NCBI GenBank assembly: GCA_002245135.1
Contig: NGBS01000583.1
Coordinates: 496,001-560,000 of the forward strand
Direction of reading: 5' to 3'
Source: Proteromonas lacertae
Lineage: Eukaryota
DNA length: 64,000 bases
Below the pieces are notes generated by a model, which was not told the origin of the DNA, made no database searches, and saw nothing but the letters and a program-made list of their open reading frames with translations. Within the stretch, counting starts at the first letter, position 1, and every line of letters starts with the position of its first letter. Shown piece by piece: positions 41,045-52,781 of this stretch. The position numbers and the translations under genes are program-made.

Positions 41045-41359
41045 TCATTCTTGTTCTAATACCACTTCATCACGAATTATCCCATAGAATCTTTGAGGTT
41101 CTTTTGAAGAAGAATAAGCATAATACACCCAACCCAAGTGTTTCCCACATAAACAATGCAAATACTTGTAAAAATAGCCACTGAACCAACAATTCTGAGT
41201 ACTAACTGGGCCAGTTATGAAAGTAGAAGCAGAAATTGAACTTACACAGTATAAGTTGAATACACATCCATAAAGATTGGCAAATATGTTGTGCTTTAAA
41301 GATATTCCATCACGCATATTTCCTATCTCACTTTCACAATCACTACAAATTAAATTCAT
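41045..41359 (-). CDS. Stand-alone CULT domain ORF (5'-truncated cereblon duplicate, possibly a pseudogene fragment)
   Basis: 104 aa matching the cereblon C-terminus except one I>T change. Begins at an ATG immediately preceded by an in-frame TAA. Confidence 0.55.
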   Translation of the reverse strand: MNLICSDCESEIGNMRDGISLKHNIFANLYGCVFNLYCVSSISASTFITGPVSTQNCWFSGYFYKYLHCLCGKHLGWVYYAYSSSKEPQRFYGIIRDEVVLEQE

Positions 41360-41367
41360 TTACACTA

Positions 41368-42372
41368 TTATAAATCATCTACACAATTCACATAACTCCA
41401 ATTATTCTTATACTCTCTATAATATTTCATAGCTCCTTCAACTACAGTGTATTGTGGTTGATTATCTAATATATCACAGTGACTAAACATTTCAGAAAAG
41501 AAATCTTTTATTAAATACAATTTAGTACAACCTCCAATTAAAATTACATAATCAATTTCATTTTTATCCACAAATAACTCAGCCAATAGTTCATTAATAC
41601 TTCCATTTATTCTTTCCAACAAATCACTATTCAATTCGCTCAATAATTTTCTATCAATTTTATATTCTTTAATTATATTACTTTCTGTAGGAATGTCAAC
41701 ATATCCTATTCTGTTTTTGTTTATATTTAACTTTGCAGTTTCACATTGATGATATAACACTCCTGTTTTTGGATGGATTATTCCAGATGAAGTTTTATAT
41801 TTATTAATACAATAATTACATATAGAATAGGTTATATTATCTCCACCAATACTATAGTCTATTTTGTAACCATATATAATTATCTTTTTATCTTTAAAAT
41901 CAGTTAAAAGAAGAGTAATATCAAATTTTGATTTACCTATATTACAAATCAATATTTTTGAATTTAGATTTATTTTATCTTCTGAAATATAATAAAATAA
42001 TGATGCTATTGGTTCAATAATTTCATCTTTAATCTGAAATTGTGCTTCTTTACAACTTTCCTTCATTAATTTAACTTGATATTCATTAAATGCTACTGGG
42101 AATATCAAAACACATTTAAAAGCTTTGTATTTACTCAAGTGACACACTCGACATATTTCTTCTCTTAATTTCATAAACATATCCTTCAATTTATTCCTAA
42201 TTGACTTATATTGATCTGATGTATAAAATAAATATGAACTTGATGGATTCAAATATATAGATGTAGGAAAATCCTTTTTGGTAACGCTAGAATGAAAAGA
42301 AAGAGAAGTAGTTGATGAAGGGGATTCATATTTGATATACCAATTGGAACCAGAACAATCGATGATAATCAT
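41368..42372 (-). CDS. Degenerate Hsp70-like nucleotide-binding domain only, apparently intronless
   Basis: IIIDCSGSN, FPVAFNEYQ...EIIEPIAS, CNIGKSKFDITL, IGGDNIT, CETAK, ILIGGCTKL and PQYTVVEGA map onto Hsp70 NBD motifs. No substrate-binding domain. Confidence 0.78.
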   Translation of the reverse strand: MIIIDCSGSNWYIKYESPSSTTSLSFHSSVTKKDFPTSIYLNPSSSYLFYTSDQYKSIRNKLKDMFMKLREEICRVCHLSKYKAFKCVLIFPVAFNEYQVKLMKESCKEAQFQIKDEIIEPIASLFYYISEDKINLNSKILICNIGKSKFDITLLLTDFKDKKIIIYGYKIDYSIGGDNITYSICNYCINKYKTSSGIIHPKTGVLYHQCETAKLNINKNRIGYVDIPTESNIIKEYKIDRKLLSELNSDLLERINGSINELLAELFVDKNEIDYVILIGGCTKLYLIKDFFSEMFSHCDILDNQPQYTVVEGAMKYYREYKNNWSYVNCVDDL

Positions 42373-42510
42373 ACTATACAAAACTATAAAGTATTAATAT
42401 GCTGTTTTGATAAGAATAATTTTAATTTTTAAAAATATACCCGTTTTTCATTTCTATTTTGAAATACTTATTGATTGTATTATATCCCTAAAAAACATTC
42501 ATTAAATTAT

Positions 42511-43251
42511 TCAGGCCATTAGTTTATGACAAATTAAGCATTTCATACCATTCTTTTTCCAAAAATGCTTCAAACAATCTAAATGAATCAATACTCTGCA
42601 GTTACATTTTCTACCTTTCGTTTTAACTCCATTACCTACTCCAATATCTGTTAAACACAATGTGCATTCTCCTTCTTCACCAGCTACGATTGGAATGCAA
42701 TACTCAGATATATCTGATGATATTTCAGAACCTTCTAAAGATACTCTCAATATACCTCTTGACATTCCCGTTTCTTTATTTGTTTGAGTCATGTCTAAAT
42801 TATATTCATTAAATAATACTATCAAGATCTATAGAATATGTATTTCCTGATATATCTATTTCAAAATGATTTTCATGGGATGAATAATGATCTTCCAGTA
42901 TATTTGAAGAATTGTAGTCATAGGGAGCTGGAACTTCGTCATTACATGTCCAGAACCACCTTGCTTTAATAAAATAATCTTTAAATAATATACAATTTAA
43001 TTTTACTTCCCTAATTGCATAAGTCACTCCACCCTTTTTCATCTCCTTTGATGCTAAATCTATTTCAACGCTATTGTACTATTAACTCAAATTATACTAT
43101 TCTCCATCTTCCCCATCATAGTCTAATGTAAACATCCCACTTTCTATAGCACTTGTTACTAATATCTGTTCATCTATTAACGGTTATCATGAACCGGATA
43201 TATACAGTCATCAAATGGAATCCAATCACCTTCAAAACAAAACTCAAACAT
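42511..43251 (-). CDS. Tandem WWE + C-terminal RING protein (Deltex-like architecture)
   Basis: FEFCFEGDWIPFD...YVEIDL, RWFW...PYD...ILE...YSIDL.NMTQTNKETG..R.ILR, then CTLC...C.C...H..C...CLIC. Confidence 0.75.
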
Positions 43252-43326
43252 TTTTACTTACACAAGCCTAATTAATACAAGTTGTGTATTGTATTAAGTG
43301 TATTTAAAATCCCTCCAAAACTCAAA

Positions 43327-45661
43327 ATGGAAGAACACCTGTATTTCTCAATAGTTATAACAGTAATAGTATTCAAAAACTTGACGAAGCTGTTGTAAAT
43401 AGAATAGCAGCCGGAGAAGTCGTTCATCGACCAGCTTCTGCATTTAAAGAAATGTTAGAGAATTCAATAGACGCAAAATCTACATCCATCTCTGTTGTTA
43501 CGAAAAATGGTGGTTTAAAAATGCTGCAGATAAAAGACGATGGATGTGGAATTAGTGTATGAATATAATTGCTATTAGTATATAGAAAGCTGATTTACCG
43601 TTAGTATGTGAAAGATTTGCAACAAGTAAACTCCAAAAATACGAAGATTTAGAAGAAGTCAGTACATTTGGTTTTCGAGGAGAAGCATTAGCTTCAATCA
43701 GTCATGTAAGTCATTTATCCATAATAACCAAAACAGAATCATCATCCTGTGCATATAAAGCCAAATATGAAGATGGTAAAATGTTAAATGGAATTGAATT
43801 ATGTGCAGGAAAAAGAGGAACAATAATCAACGTGGAAGACTTATTTTATAATGTTCCAACTAGATCAAATGTAATGAAAAATAGCAATGAAGAATATAAA
43901 TTAGTATTAGAAATAATGACAAATTATAGTATATATTACAGTAATAAAGGAATTGGATTTGACTGTAAAAAAGTATATATATATTATCAATTAATATATT
44001 AATTAGTTTGGCTCGAAATCATATGATCTACGAATACCTCCAAGTGCATCAATCAAAGATGCCATAGGAATGACATATGGTAAAGATATATCCAATAACA
44101 TAATAGAAATATCCTTCAATTCAAAAGACAATCCAATAATCCCATCAGACAATCCAGTAGAAGAAGATGAAGGAATAATCTATAAAGATACTCAAAGTAA
44201 AATACCAAATATTTCATTCAATATTAATGGATATATATCTAATGCAAATTATAAAAATAAACACAATATATTTATACTATTTATTAATGGAAGGTTAGTG
44301 AATAGTAATGTATTAAAGAAAGGAGTGTTGAGTGTTTATAGTAATTATTTACCTAAAGGCTTTCATCCCTTTATATTTCTAAGTATTGAAATGCCTTTAA
44401 GAGATGTTGATGTTAATGTTCATCCTAGTAAAAAGGAGGTAAGATTTCTATATGAGAATGATATATGTTTATTATTACAGACAAATGTACAGAAATTATT
44501 AAGTGAAAGTGGTAATGAAAGATTATTTGAAACAAAAGAATTGATTATCAATAATGATAATCTTAATCATTTAGATTCAAATAAATCAATGATAAATGCA
44601 GTAAAGCCTAGGAAAAGAAATAATGGCAATATGTCACAATCAAAACTATTATCTTCATCTTCTTCTTCTTCTACTAAGAAATTGAGAATTGATAATAATG
44701 AAAATAATATTTTTAATAAAAATAATATAATATACAGTCACGATGTATGTAGAAATGATCCAAGCCAACCTCGAGCTGAAATGGATAAATATCTCTATTT
44801 ACAACAAAGCCAATCTTATAAAGATATTGACGAATCAAATATTCCTAAATTATATAAAAGAATTAGTAGAATTCCATTAACTAGTATAGAAAGCATGATA
44901 GAAATGATTGAAAAGAATAATGTGATAGAATATACTGATTTATTAAGGCATAGTAGTTATGTGGGTAATATAAATGGTAATTACATCCTGTTTCAAAATG
45001 ATACAAATTTATATCTATTAAATATCAAGAAAATGATGTATATATATATTTATTTAATTATATATATATAAATAGTTATTCTTTGTTTTATCAATTGTTC
45101 CTATTCAATTTTTCCACCTATGATCCAATTATCTTTACCAACCATCTTCCAATAAAAAGCCTAATAAATAAAGGAAAAGAGTTAATAGATAAAGATATTA
45201 TAATAGATAATAATATTGATGAATTATGTGAGTTATTATATAGTAAGAGATATATGTTAGTTGATTATTTCTCAATTGGAATTGTTATAGATAATGATAA
45301 TGATAATAATAGTAAAGAATATGCTTTATCTGAATTACCTCAAGTTATATTGGGTTATTATCCTAATTATAGATATTTGCCAATATTCTTGTATAAATTG
45401 AGTAGGAATATTAATTGGAATAATGAGAGTGAGTGTTTAAATGGAATTATGAAGTTATTGAGTGAATTTTATAGTAATTTAAATAGTGATAATATTAGAA
45501 GGGATGGTGAAAATGATAAAATGAAAGATATTGATTTTATAATTCAACATTTTATCTATCCTCCCATTAGAGATGCATATATCTTTGATAGAAATGATAA
45601 AAATAATATAATAAATGTAGTCTCAACTCATGATTTGTATAAAATATTTGATAGATGTTAA
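43327..45661 (+). CDS. MLH1: DNA mismatch repair protein MLH1
   Basis: [70 protein letters not shown]-terminal LYKIFDRC. Confidence 0.95.
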
Positions 45662-45796
45662 ATACTATATGTGTTTCTTTTTTATTGTGTTTTTTGATAA
45701 TACAAATAAATCTAAGTATATTAAAATGAAATTATGTTGTTAAAGATTCAGAAAAATAAAAAGAAAGAATATATTAAATGTAAATATTAATAATAT

Positions 45797-47222
45797 CTAA
45801 AGATTACTTTCATCATAATAATAGAAATGGTTTAATTTCTTTCCACATTTTGCACAACTGTATGTTTTATTATCTTCTATTTCTTCTATTTTCATACACT
45901 TACCATGAAAACAATTACCACATGATTTACAAAATATTGCATTGTATATTCCACATTGTTCTTTACATATATGACATTTCTTAGTACTTATATTTAATAA
46001 AATATCTGTATATTCTATTGACTTTGGACTAATGTTAGGAAACATAAATTCTTTAGAATTCTGATGTTTATTTTTTTTGTTTTTTATCACTCTTGAAACA
46101 CTTAAATTATCTATCCAACTCTTCTCGTCCTTCAATGATTGTACAAAACCTAATGGATCAGCAAAGTACTGTAAATGTTTATCAAGAAAACTATCACAAT
46201 CTAATGACATTTTAACATATTCAGAAATGTTTTTCATATTTTCATTATTCTTTTTCATTACCAATTCACAGGATTCATTACAAAAGTAAGAATATAAGAA
46301 ATGAAATGAACTTGAAAATTCTTTTAAATCATGTTGAAAATCAGATTTTGACATTCCTTCTGGTGAATTTAAAGGATGATCTTTATAGAAATCGTAGAAT
46401 GCATAATACTAAAAATAATAAATAAATAAGAAGAAATACAGATTTTAAAGCGTGAGACATAACAGAAGCTATTTCTTCTCGATTAAAGCAACAACTACCA
46501 GTGTTTAAATCAACGTCATTCACTACACTAAGTGTCACAAACATTGAGTTCTCTTTTGGTGGATAATTAAATTCTTTTCTCATATAAAATCTTATAATGG
46601 ATGATAAATAATTACCATATAAATCAGATAGTGGTCTTGCAACATCTGGAGTGATTAAAGTTTGAAATAATGATAAGAAATAAGATGAACAATTACAAAT
46701 CTCTGAATTCCTATACATTTCATTACATACTCCATCCAAATATGCAATAAATGAATTAATTAGATTGTTAAATTGTTGATGTTTTTTATCAGCTAATCTT
46801 GATCTAATTATACTGTATTCATTATTTATTTTATTCAATATTACAATTATCGTTTTTATATCTTTTTCAGAATTATCAATATTTTCATTGGGTGTTAAAA
46901 TAGTTGAGAAATCATACTTTCTAAATCTTACTCTCTTTTCTTTCCTTGTTATTAATGGAGTTTTATCTTTTGGAGCTGTTTGTTTTTCACGGTTTTCTAA
47001 ATTCTGTGACATATATTCACCTTCAACATAGTGATTTAAATGATATAACAAAAAATCACCATCACTTAATTCATTTACATTTTTATTCTCTATATCATGG
47101 ATATTGTTATTTGTAAATAATTCTTTTTGTATATTCATTAATTGTTTTAATGTTTTTGAGAATACTATTCCACTGGATGTTTGTATTTCAATCGAGCCAA
47201 ATATATTCCTCCTATTTCTCTC

Positions 47223-47256
<34 letters not shown>

Positions 47257-50041
47257 GTGTTTTGTTCTGTTTCATTATTTGTTTTTTTCGATTTATCTCT
47301 TTTTATTGGTGTTTTTTCTTCTTTTTCATTTTCTTCATCTTTAAAATTCTTTGGTTTTCTTCCTCCCTTTCGTTTATTTACCTCTTTTGTCTCTGTTTTA
47401 ATTGCCATTTGTATTGGTTCATCTTCATCAGTATCATCTTCATTATCATCTGAATCTATTGATAATTGATTACTCTCTTTTGTTGCTTTATCTTCTTCCT
47501 TTGATTCATTTTCTATTGTTGGGATATCTAACGAATCTTCTTCATCTTCTTCATTATCTTCTTCATCATTCGATTGTTTATTGTTATTATTATTAGTCTT
47601 TCTCTTTCTTGGATAGATTGATCTTCGATGTTTTCTTCTTTTCCTTTTATTTGTAGTATTTGTTTCATCATTATTAGTTTCAGAAGATAGTAAAATCTTG
47701 TCATTTTCATCATCATTATTTTCTTCTTCTTTTGTTTTGTCTTCTTCTTCTTCTTCTTTTATTGGATTAGTTTTTTTCCTATTGATCTTTATTGGTGTAT
47801 CATTTTCTTCTTCAATACTCTCATCATTCTTATTTTCATTTTCTTTAACTACTTCTTCTTCTTCTTCTTCTTCTTCCTTTTCTTTTACATCCTTTTCTTT
47901 CTTCACTGCAGATGATGGTTTATGTTTTGCCCATCTTGATCTCTTTCTTCTCCTCTTTCTTTTATTTGTTTCATTCCCTGATTTTACATCATCCTCTTTA
48001 TCTTTACCTTCTTCTACTTCCTCCTCCTCCTCCTTAGTTTCTTCTTCATCTTCTTTTACAATTTCATTTTTATTATCGTTATTTCCATTATCACTTTTAG
48101 ATTGATCTTCTATTGTTGGGATATCTAACGAATCTTCTTCATCTTCTTCATTATCTTTATCACTTTCGTTATTCTCTTCTTCATCATTCGATTGTTTATT
48201 GTTATTATTATTAGTCTTTCTCTTTCTTGGATAGATTGATCTTCGATATTTTCTTCTTTTCCTTTTATTTGTAGTATTTGTTTCATCATTATTAGTTTCA
48301 GATGATAGTAAAATCTTGTCATTTTCATCATTATTATTATTTTCTTCTTCTTCTTCTTTACTATCAATCTTTTTCACATTTTCTCCCTTTTCTTCCTGTT
48401 TATTATCATTTTTAGTATGTGATAATCTCTCTGCTTCTTCCTCCATTAGTTTAGGAGCTATTGATATTAATGATGATATAATTTCCTCTTCTTCTTTCTT
48501 CTCTTCTGATGGAATATAATGAATTAATGAAAATGAAACATATTTACATTCTGGTTGAGGTGGTAGTTGATATATTATTCTTTGATGTATACTTTCTTTT
48601 TCTTTTCTCTCATTTTCTTCTTCTTGCTCTTTTTGTACTATTTCTCTATTCTGTATTTCTTGTTGGTTTTGTTGATGTTCATGTTCTGGTTGTTCATCAC
48701 TATCATTTACTTCAATTACTTCATCAGGTATAAAACTGTTATTATCTTCAGATATTTGTGATTGTAAAGAATTGTTTGTTTTATTATTATCGCTATCAGT
48801 CTGTGAATGAGGTGATATATAATGTGAATATTCATTAGACTTTGGTGTTGATGTATCATATTGTCGATTTGATAATATATCTTGAATTGTAATACTCTTT
48901 ATTTCTTCATTCTGTTGTTGTTGTTGTTGTTGATTTTGTGGTGGAGGTTGTATAGTTTCATTCGATTGACCAATACTACCACTATAACCATATAACTGTG
49001 GCTGTGATTCTATAAATGACTTTCTGACTTCTTGTAGATCAATATCTTCGCCTAATTCAGTGGATGATTGTTGTACAAATGATATAAACGGAGAGGATAT
49101 ATTGTGATTAATACTATCATTTATATTATTATTATTATTATATTCATTATTTTCTTCTATATATTCTGTTATTCTATCTTCTTCTTCAGTAATTGTAGTA
49201 TTAGGTACAATGTTGCTAATAGTTGTAGTTGTTCTATCAGTTGATGGTGTTGATATTTGTCTTGGTGTAAAAAAAGCACTCTCATTTGATTCATTTCTAA
49301 TTGAATTATTATTATTATTAGGTGAATAATTAGGTGGAGCTGGTAATATAGGAACAGGGGTAGTACGAGGCGGTGTGCTGAATGGAATAGGTGTCTGTGA
49401 ACTTTGAATCATTACTCTTGGAGGATATGATACGAATGGAACAACACTTCCTTGTGGTAACATGATTTGTTGAGATGATGTTTGATACATTTGAGGTAAT
49501 GATAGTGGGAATTGTTGTAATTGCTGTTGTTGTTGAGTTGTGAGAGATAGACGTGAATTCTGAAGTGAATCTAATGTTGTATTTGATCGACTTCTTGTTC
49601 GTAATGCATTTCTTGTATTAAAGGCTGGAGGTAATGTATTGTTAGGAGCAGAAGCAGTTGTTGTTGTGGTTGTGGTGCTATTCGTAGTATTGTTTTGGGG
49701 AATTTGTGGAGTTGATACTCTGGATGTTTGTGTGAATGGAGAGAAAAACATCCTTCCTCTTGTATTGACATTAGGACTAACAAACGATGGTAAATTCATA
49801 GGAACTGATCCAAATAATGGTTGTGTCATACCTGAAGGTGTGATAAATGGTATTTGAGGAATTTGAAAAGGAAACTGCTGTTGATTGTTAGCTATGGCAA
49901 GTTAAATATTAATTGCATAATTATAATAAACAGAAATGAATATATATATATACCAAAATTTTGATTATTAGTGTTATTCATAATCTATTCAATAAATCAA
50001 TAGAGAAATACATTTGATGAGAACATTTGATTGTTATCCAT
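45797..50041 (-). CDS. Large low-complexity nuclear protein with C-terminal PHD-like finger
   Basis: Q/P/T-rich then E/K/N-rich regions with NLS-like KRKRRK runs. Terminal CHIC...CKSCGNCFHGKC...CAKC (C4HC3). Three introns. Confidence 0.7.
47513..48345 (-). repeat. Intragenic direct duplication of ~215-235 bp (about 47513-47727 and 48110-48345)
   Basis: DENDKILLSSETNNDETNTTNKRKRRK.RRSIYPRKRKT...DSLDIPTIE occurs twice. Confidence 0.88.
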
Positions 50042-50436
50042 TCTTTTGTATTTGTAGGTTAATTGTTACTGATCCTTTCAGAGTGCTGTAAATGGACAAA
50101 CCGATTTTGTAGTATAACAATTGTGAAAGTTGTCTGGGTGTTTATAATAAGAAAATACTTCCTAGTAGTCAGAAATTTTTAAAAATGAATTTTATAAATT
50201 AAACTGTTTTTGGCTAATTTTCACAACCCCAAAATATTTAAAAGTGCTGCACATAGCAAACAGCAATTTATGTATGAGAATTGTGGTGTTTTCTTTGTGC
50301 TACTAAAGAGAATTTTGTATTTGTTTGGTGTAATTGTTAAAACAATATAATCTTGTCTTTTCATATAAATTCTTCTTAACAAACAAACACATTTATATAT
50401 CAATATAACATACGTATATTCTAAGAAAACATTTAT

Positions 50437-50973
50437 TTATTCTTGATTCTGGAGAAGAGATTCGTTAACAGATGGTAATTTTGGTTCTTCTTTCTCTTCA
50501 AGATTTTTACGCACTAATCTGAATCTATCTTTCACTACATTGAATTTATCACTATAATATTACAACAAATAGTAATACCTATGAACAAATATCATAATCA
50601 GTGAGAAAACTGTTAATACTGAATAGCATATGACTATATGATAAATATCATGAATATATATATGAGTTTCATACCTGCACCTGTCATAGAAGCTTGATAT
50701 TTATTAGGTTCATCAAAATCTTCCATATATTGAGAGTTTGTTTTAAGCATTATTTTAATAAATGACTAGATAAGATAACAAATATTAAAATACTAAAAAT
50801 GCAACACCACTGAAACTAAAAATTGCACAAAAAATAGATTCTATTACATAAAATAATATAAATAATGATGTAATACCTCCTGTACTTCTCCAACACATCA
50901 CAATAACTTCAGAAATCAATAAAAAGAGAAAGACAGAAAATAAAAGCTTGATATGAACAAGCCAGTTTTTCAT
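50437..50973 (-). CDS. Small multi-pass membrane protein, 4 exons
   Basis: MKNWLVHIKLLF... with about three hydrophobic segments. Three GT-AG introns keep the frame to TAA 50437-50439. Confidence 0.65.
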
Positions 50974-50991
50974 TTTTGAGTTATAATCCAA

Positions 50992-52528
50992 ATGGCTCTC
51001 CAAAAGAGTACAACTATTAAGAATGTGAAGTGGGATATTGTATTAAAACGAGAGCAATCAAGCAAAATAATTTTACCTGTTCAATCAGACAGTATTTTCT
51101 TATACATTCATTTATAGTGTATCCTGCAGGTAAATGGGTCAAAGATGATGATATTATGGAATGTCAGAGGTGTCATGACTCTTTTTCCATAATCAACAGG
51201 AAACATCACTGTAGAGTGTGTGGGTATTACTTGCACAATGATTATTGTTATTATAGATTATGTGTTTGTGGTGATTGCTCTCAAAACAAAGTGTCAGTAG
51301 TTGGTTATGATTCACTTCAAAGAGCTTGTTCTTTCTGTGTGCAGAGACGTGAACAGACTAACAAAGTAAAACAGAAACTATACGTAGAACCATCATTTTT
51401 TATACCAATCTGCGTATTAGGAAAAGGCGCACAAGGTGAGATATGTTTAGCAAAAAGTAGAGATAAACCCAATGAAATGTATATTTATAAAAATATATTA
51501 ATAATATCTATGAATATGAATAGATTTGCAGTAAAAGCAGTAAAGAATTCACTAAGTACTCAAAGAGAACAATTAATATTAGAGACAGTATGTCATCCAT
51601 TTATAGTGAGAATGCATTATACATTTGTATATGAAGATTATCGATTCTTCGTAATGGATTATTTACCTGGAGGAGATCTGTTTAATTTCATGACAAATTT
51701 TGGAATATTAAAACCAAAGGAAGCTAGATTTTATTCAGGAGAAGTATAAATATAAATTTTATAATATATTAAAATAGTTGGTATTAGCATTAGAATATTT
51801 ACATAGTTTAGATATAGCATATAGAGATTTAAAACCAGAAAATATAATGATCAATGCCGATGGACATTTAGTACTAGTGGATTTTGGTGTATCAAAAATG
51901 AATGTTGATTTATTCGCTGGTGCAAAAGGTTTTGTTGGTTCACCAGAATTTACACCACCAGAATTAATCAAATCATTAGAATATGGAAGAGCTGTAGATT
52001 TCTGGTCATTTGGTTTGTTATTATGTGAAATGATAAGTGGAGTAATTCCATTCTATGATACAGATTTAAGGACTAATTATGAAAATATTATCCATCAAGA
52101 ATTGAAACTTCCAGATGATATTGATAAAGATGCTGGTGATTTAATTAGAAGTGTATATTTGTTATATAATATTAATATTTAATTAGTTATTACAACGTAA
52201 TCCTAGAGATAGATTAGGAGTAAATGGATATGGACAATTGAAAGAACATAAATTCTATTCTGAAATAGACTGGATAAAATTATCAAATAAAGAAATAGAA
52301 CCTACTTTGAATTTGGTTATTAAAAGTCCTGATGATGTATGCTATATATACAATATATATTATTATCAATAGTATCAGAATTTTGACTCAAAAATAACAT
52401 CTACAAAAATAGAATCAACTCAATTGTATAAATTTTGCCATTCTGAATCAAACTCTTCTTTTTTCAAAAACAGTAAAGCAGAAGGATATAAATTTACTAT
52501 GTTAGATGTTATAGATGAAGATTATTAG
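50992..52528 (+). CDS. FYVE-domain AGC-family Ser/Thr kinase
   Basis: WVKD, CQRC, RKHHCRVCG, C.DC, RAC..C FYVE motifs. Kinase GKGAQG, FAVK, YRDLKPEN, DFG, AVDFWSFG and AGC tail NFD. Several introns. Confidence 0.9.
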
Positions 52529-52781
52529 GTTGCTTCTTATAATTATATATAATTTTTCAAATTCTCTTTTTTTCTTCTCGTTTATCTCTTTGTAATTAAT
52601 TATTATAATTGTATATGGGTTTATTGGGTTTATTTACACCAAAATAAACAAATTAACATGTTAATTGAATGAGATATAGGAATACAGTATGATATAGTAT
52701 AAGAATGTATATATTTACATCAGCATATATAAAGGATTTCAGTTAAACGAATTAGTTTAAATACATAAATGATTCATATAT

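Larger units (their letters stand above)
38928..41360 (-). repeat. Right arm of 2,433-bp inverted duplication
   Basis: Reverse complement of 34582-37014. Three substitutions noticed, all in the outer ~140 bp. Confidence 0.97.

Noticed and set aside
34582..41360. DNA transposon with long terminal inverted repeats
   Set aside because: No transposase-like ORF and no target-site duplication seen, and the left arm is an integral part of the native cereblon gene.
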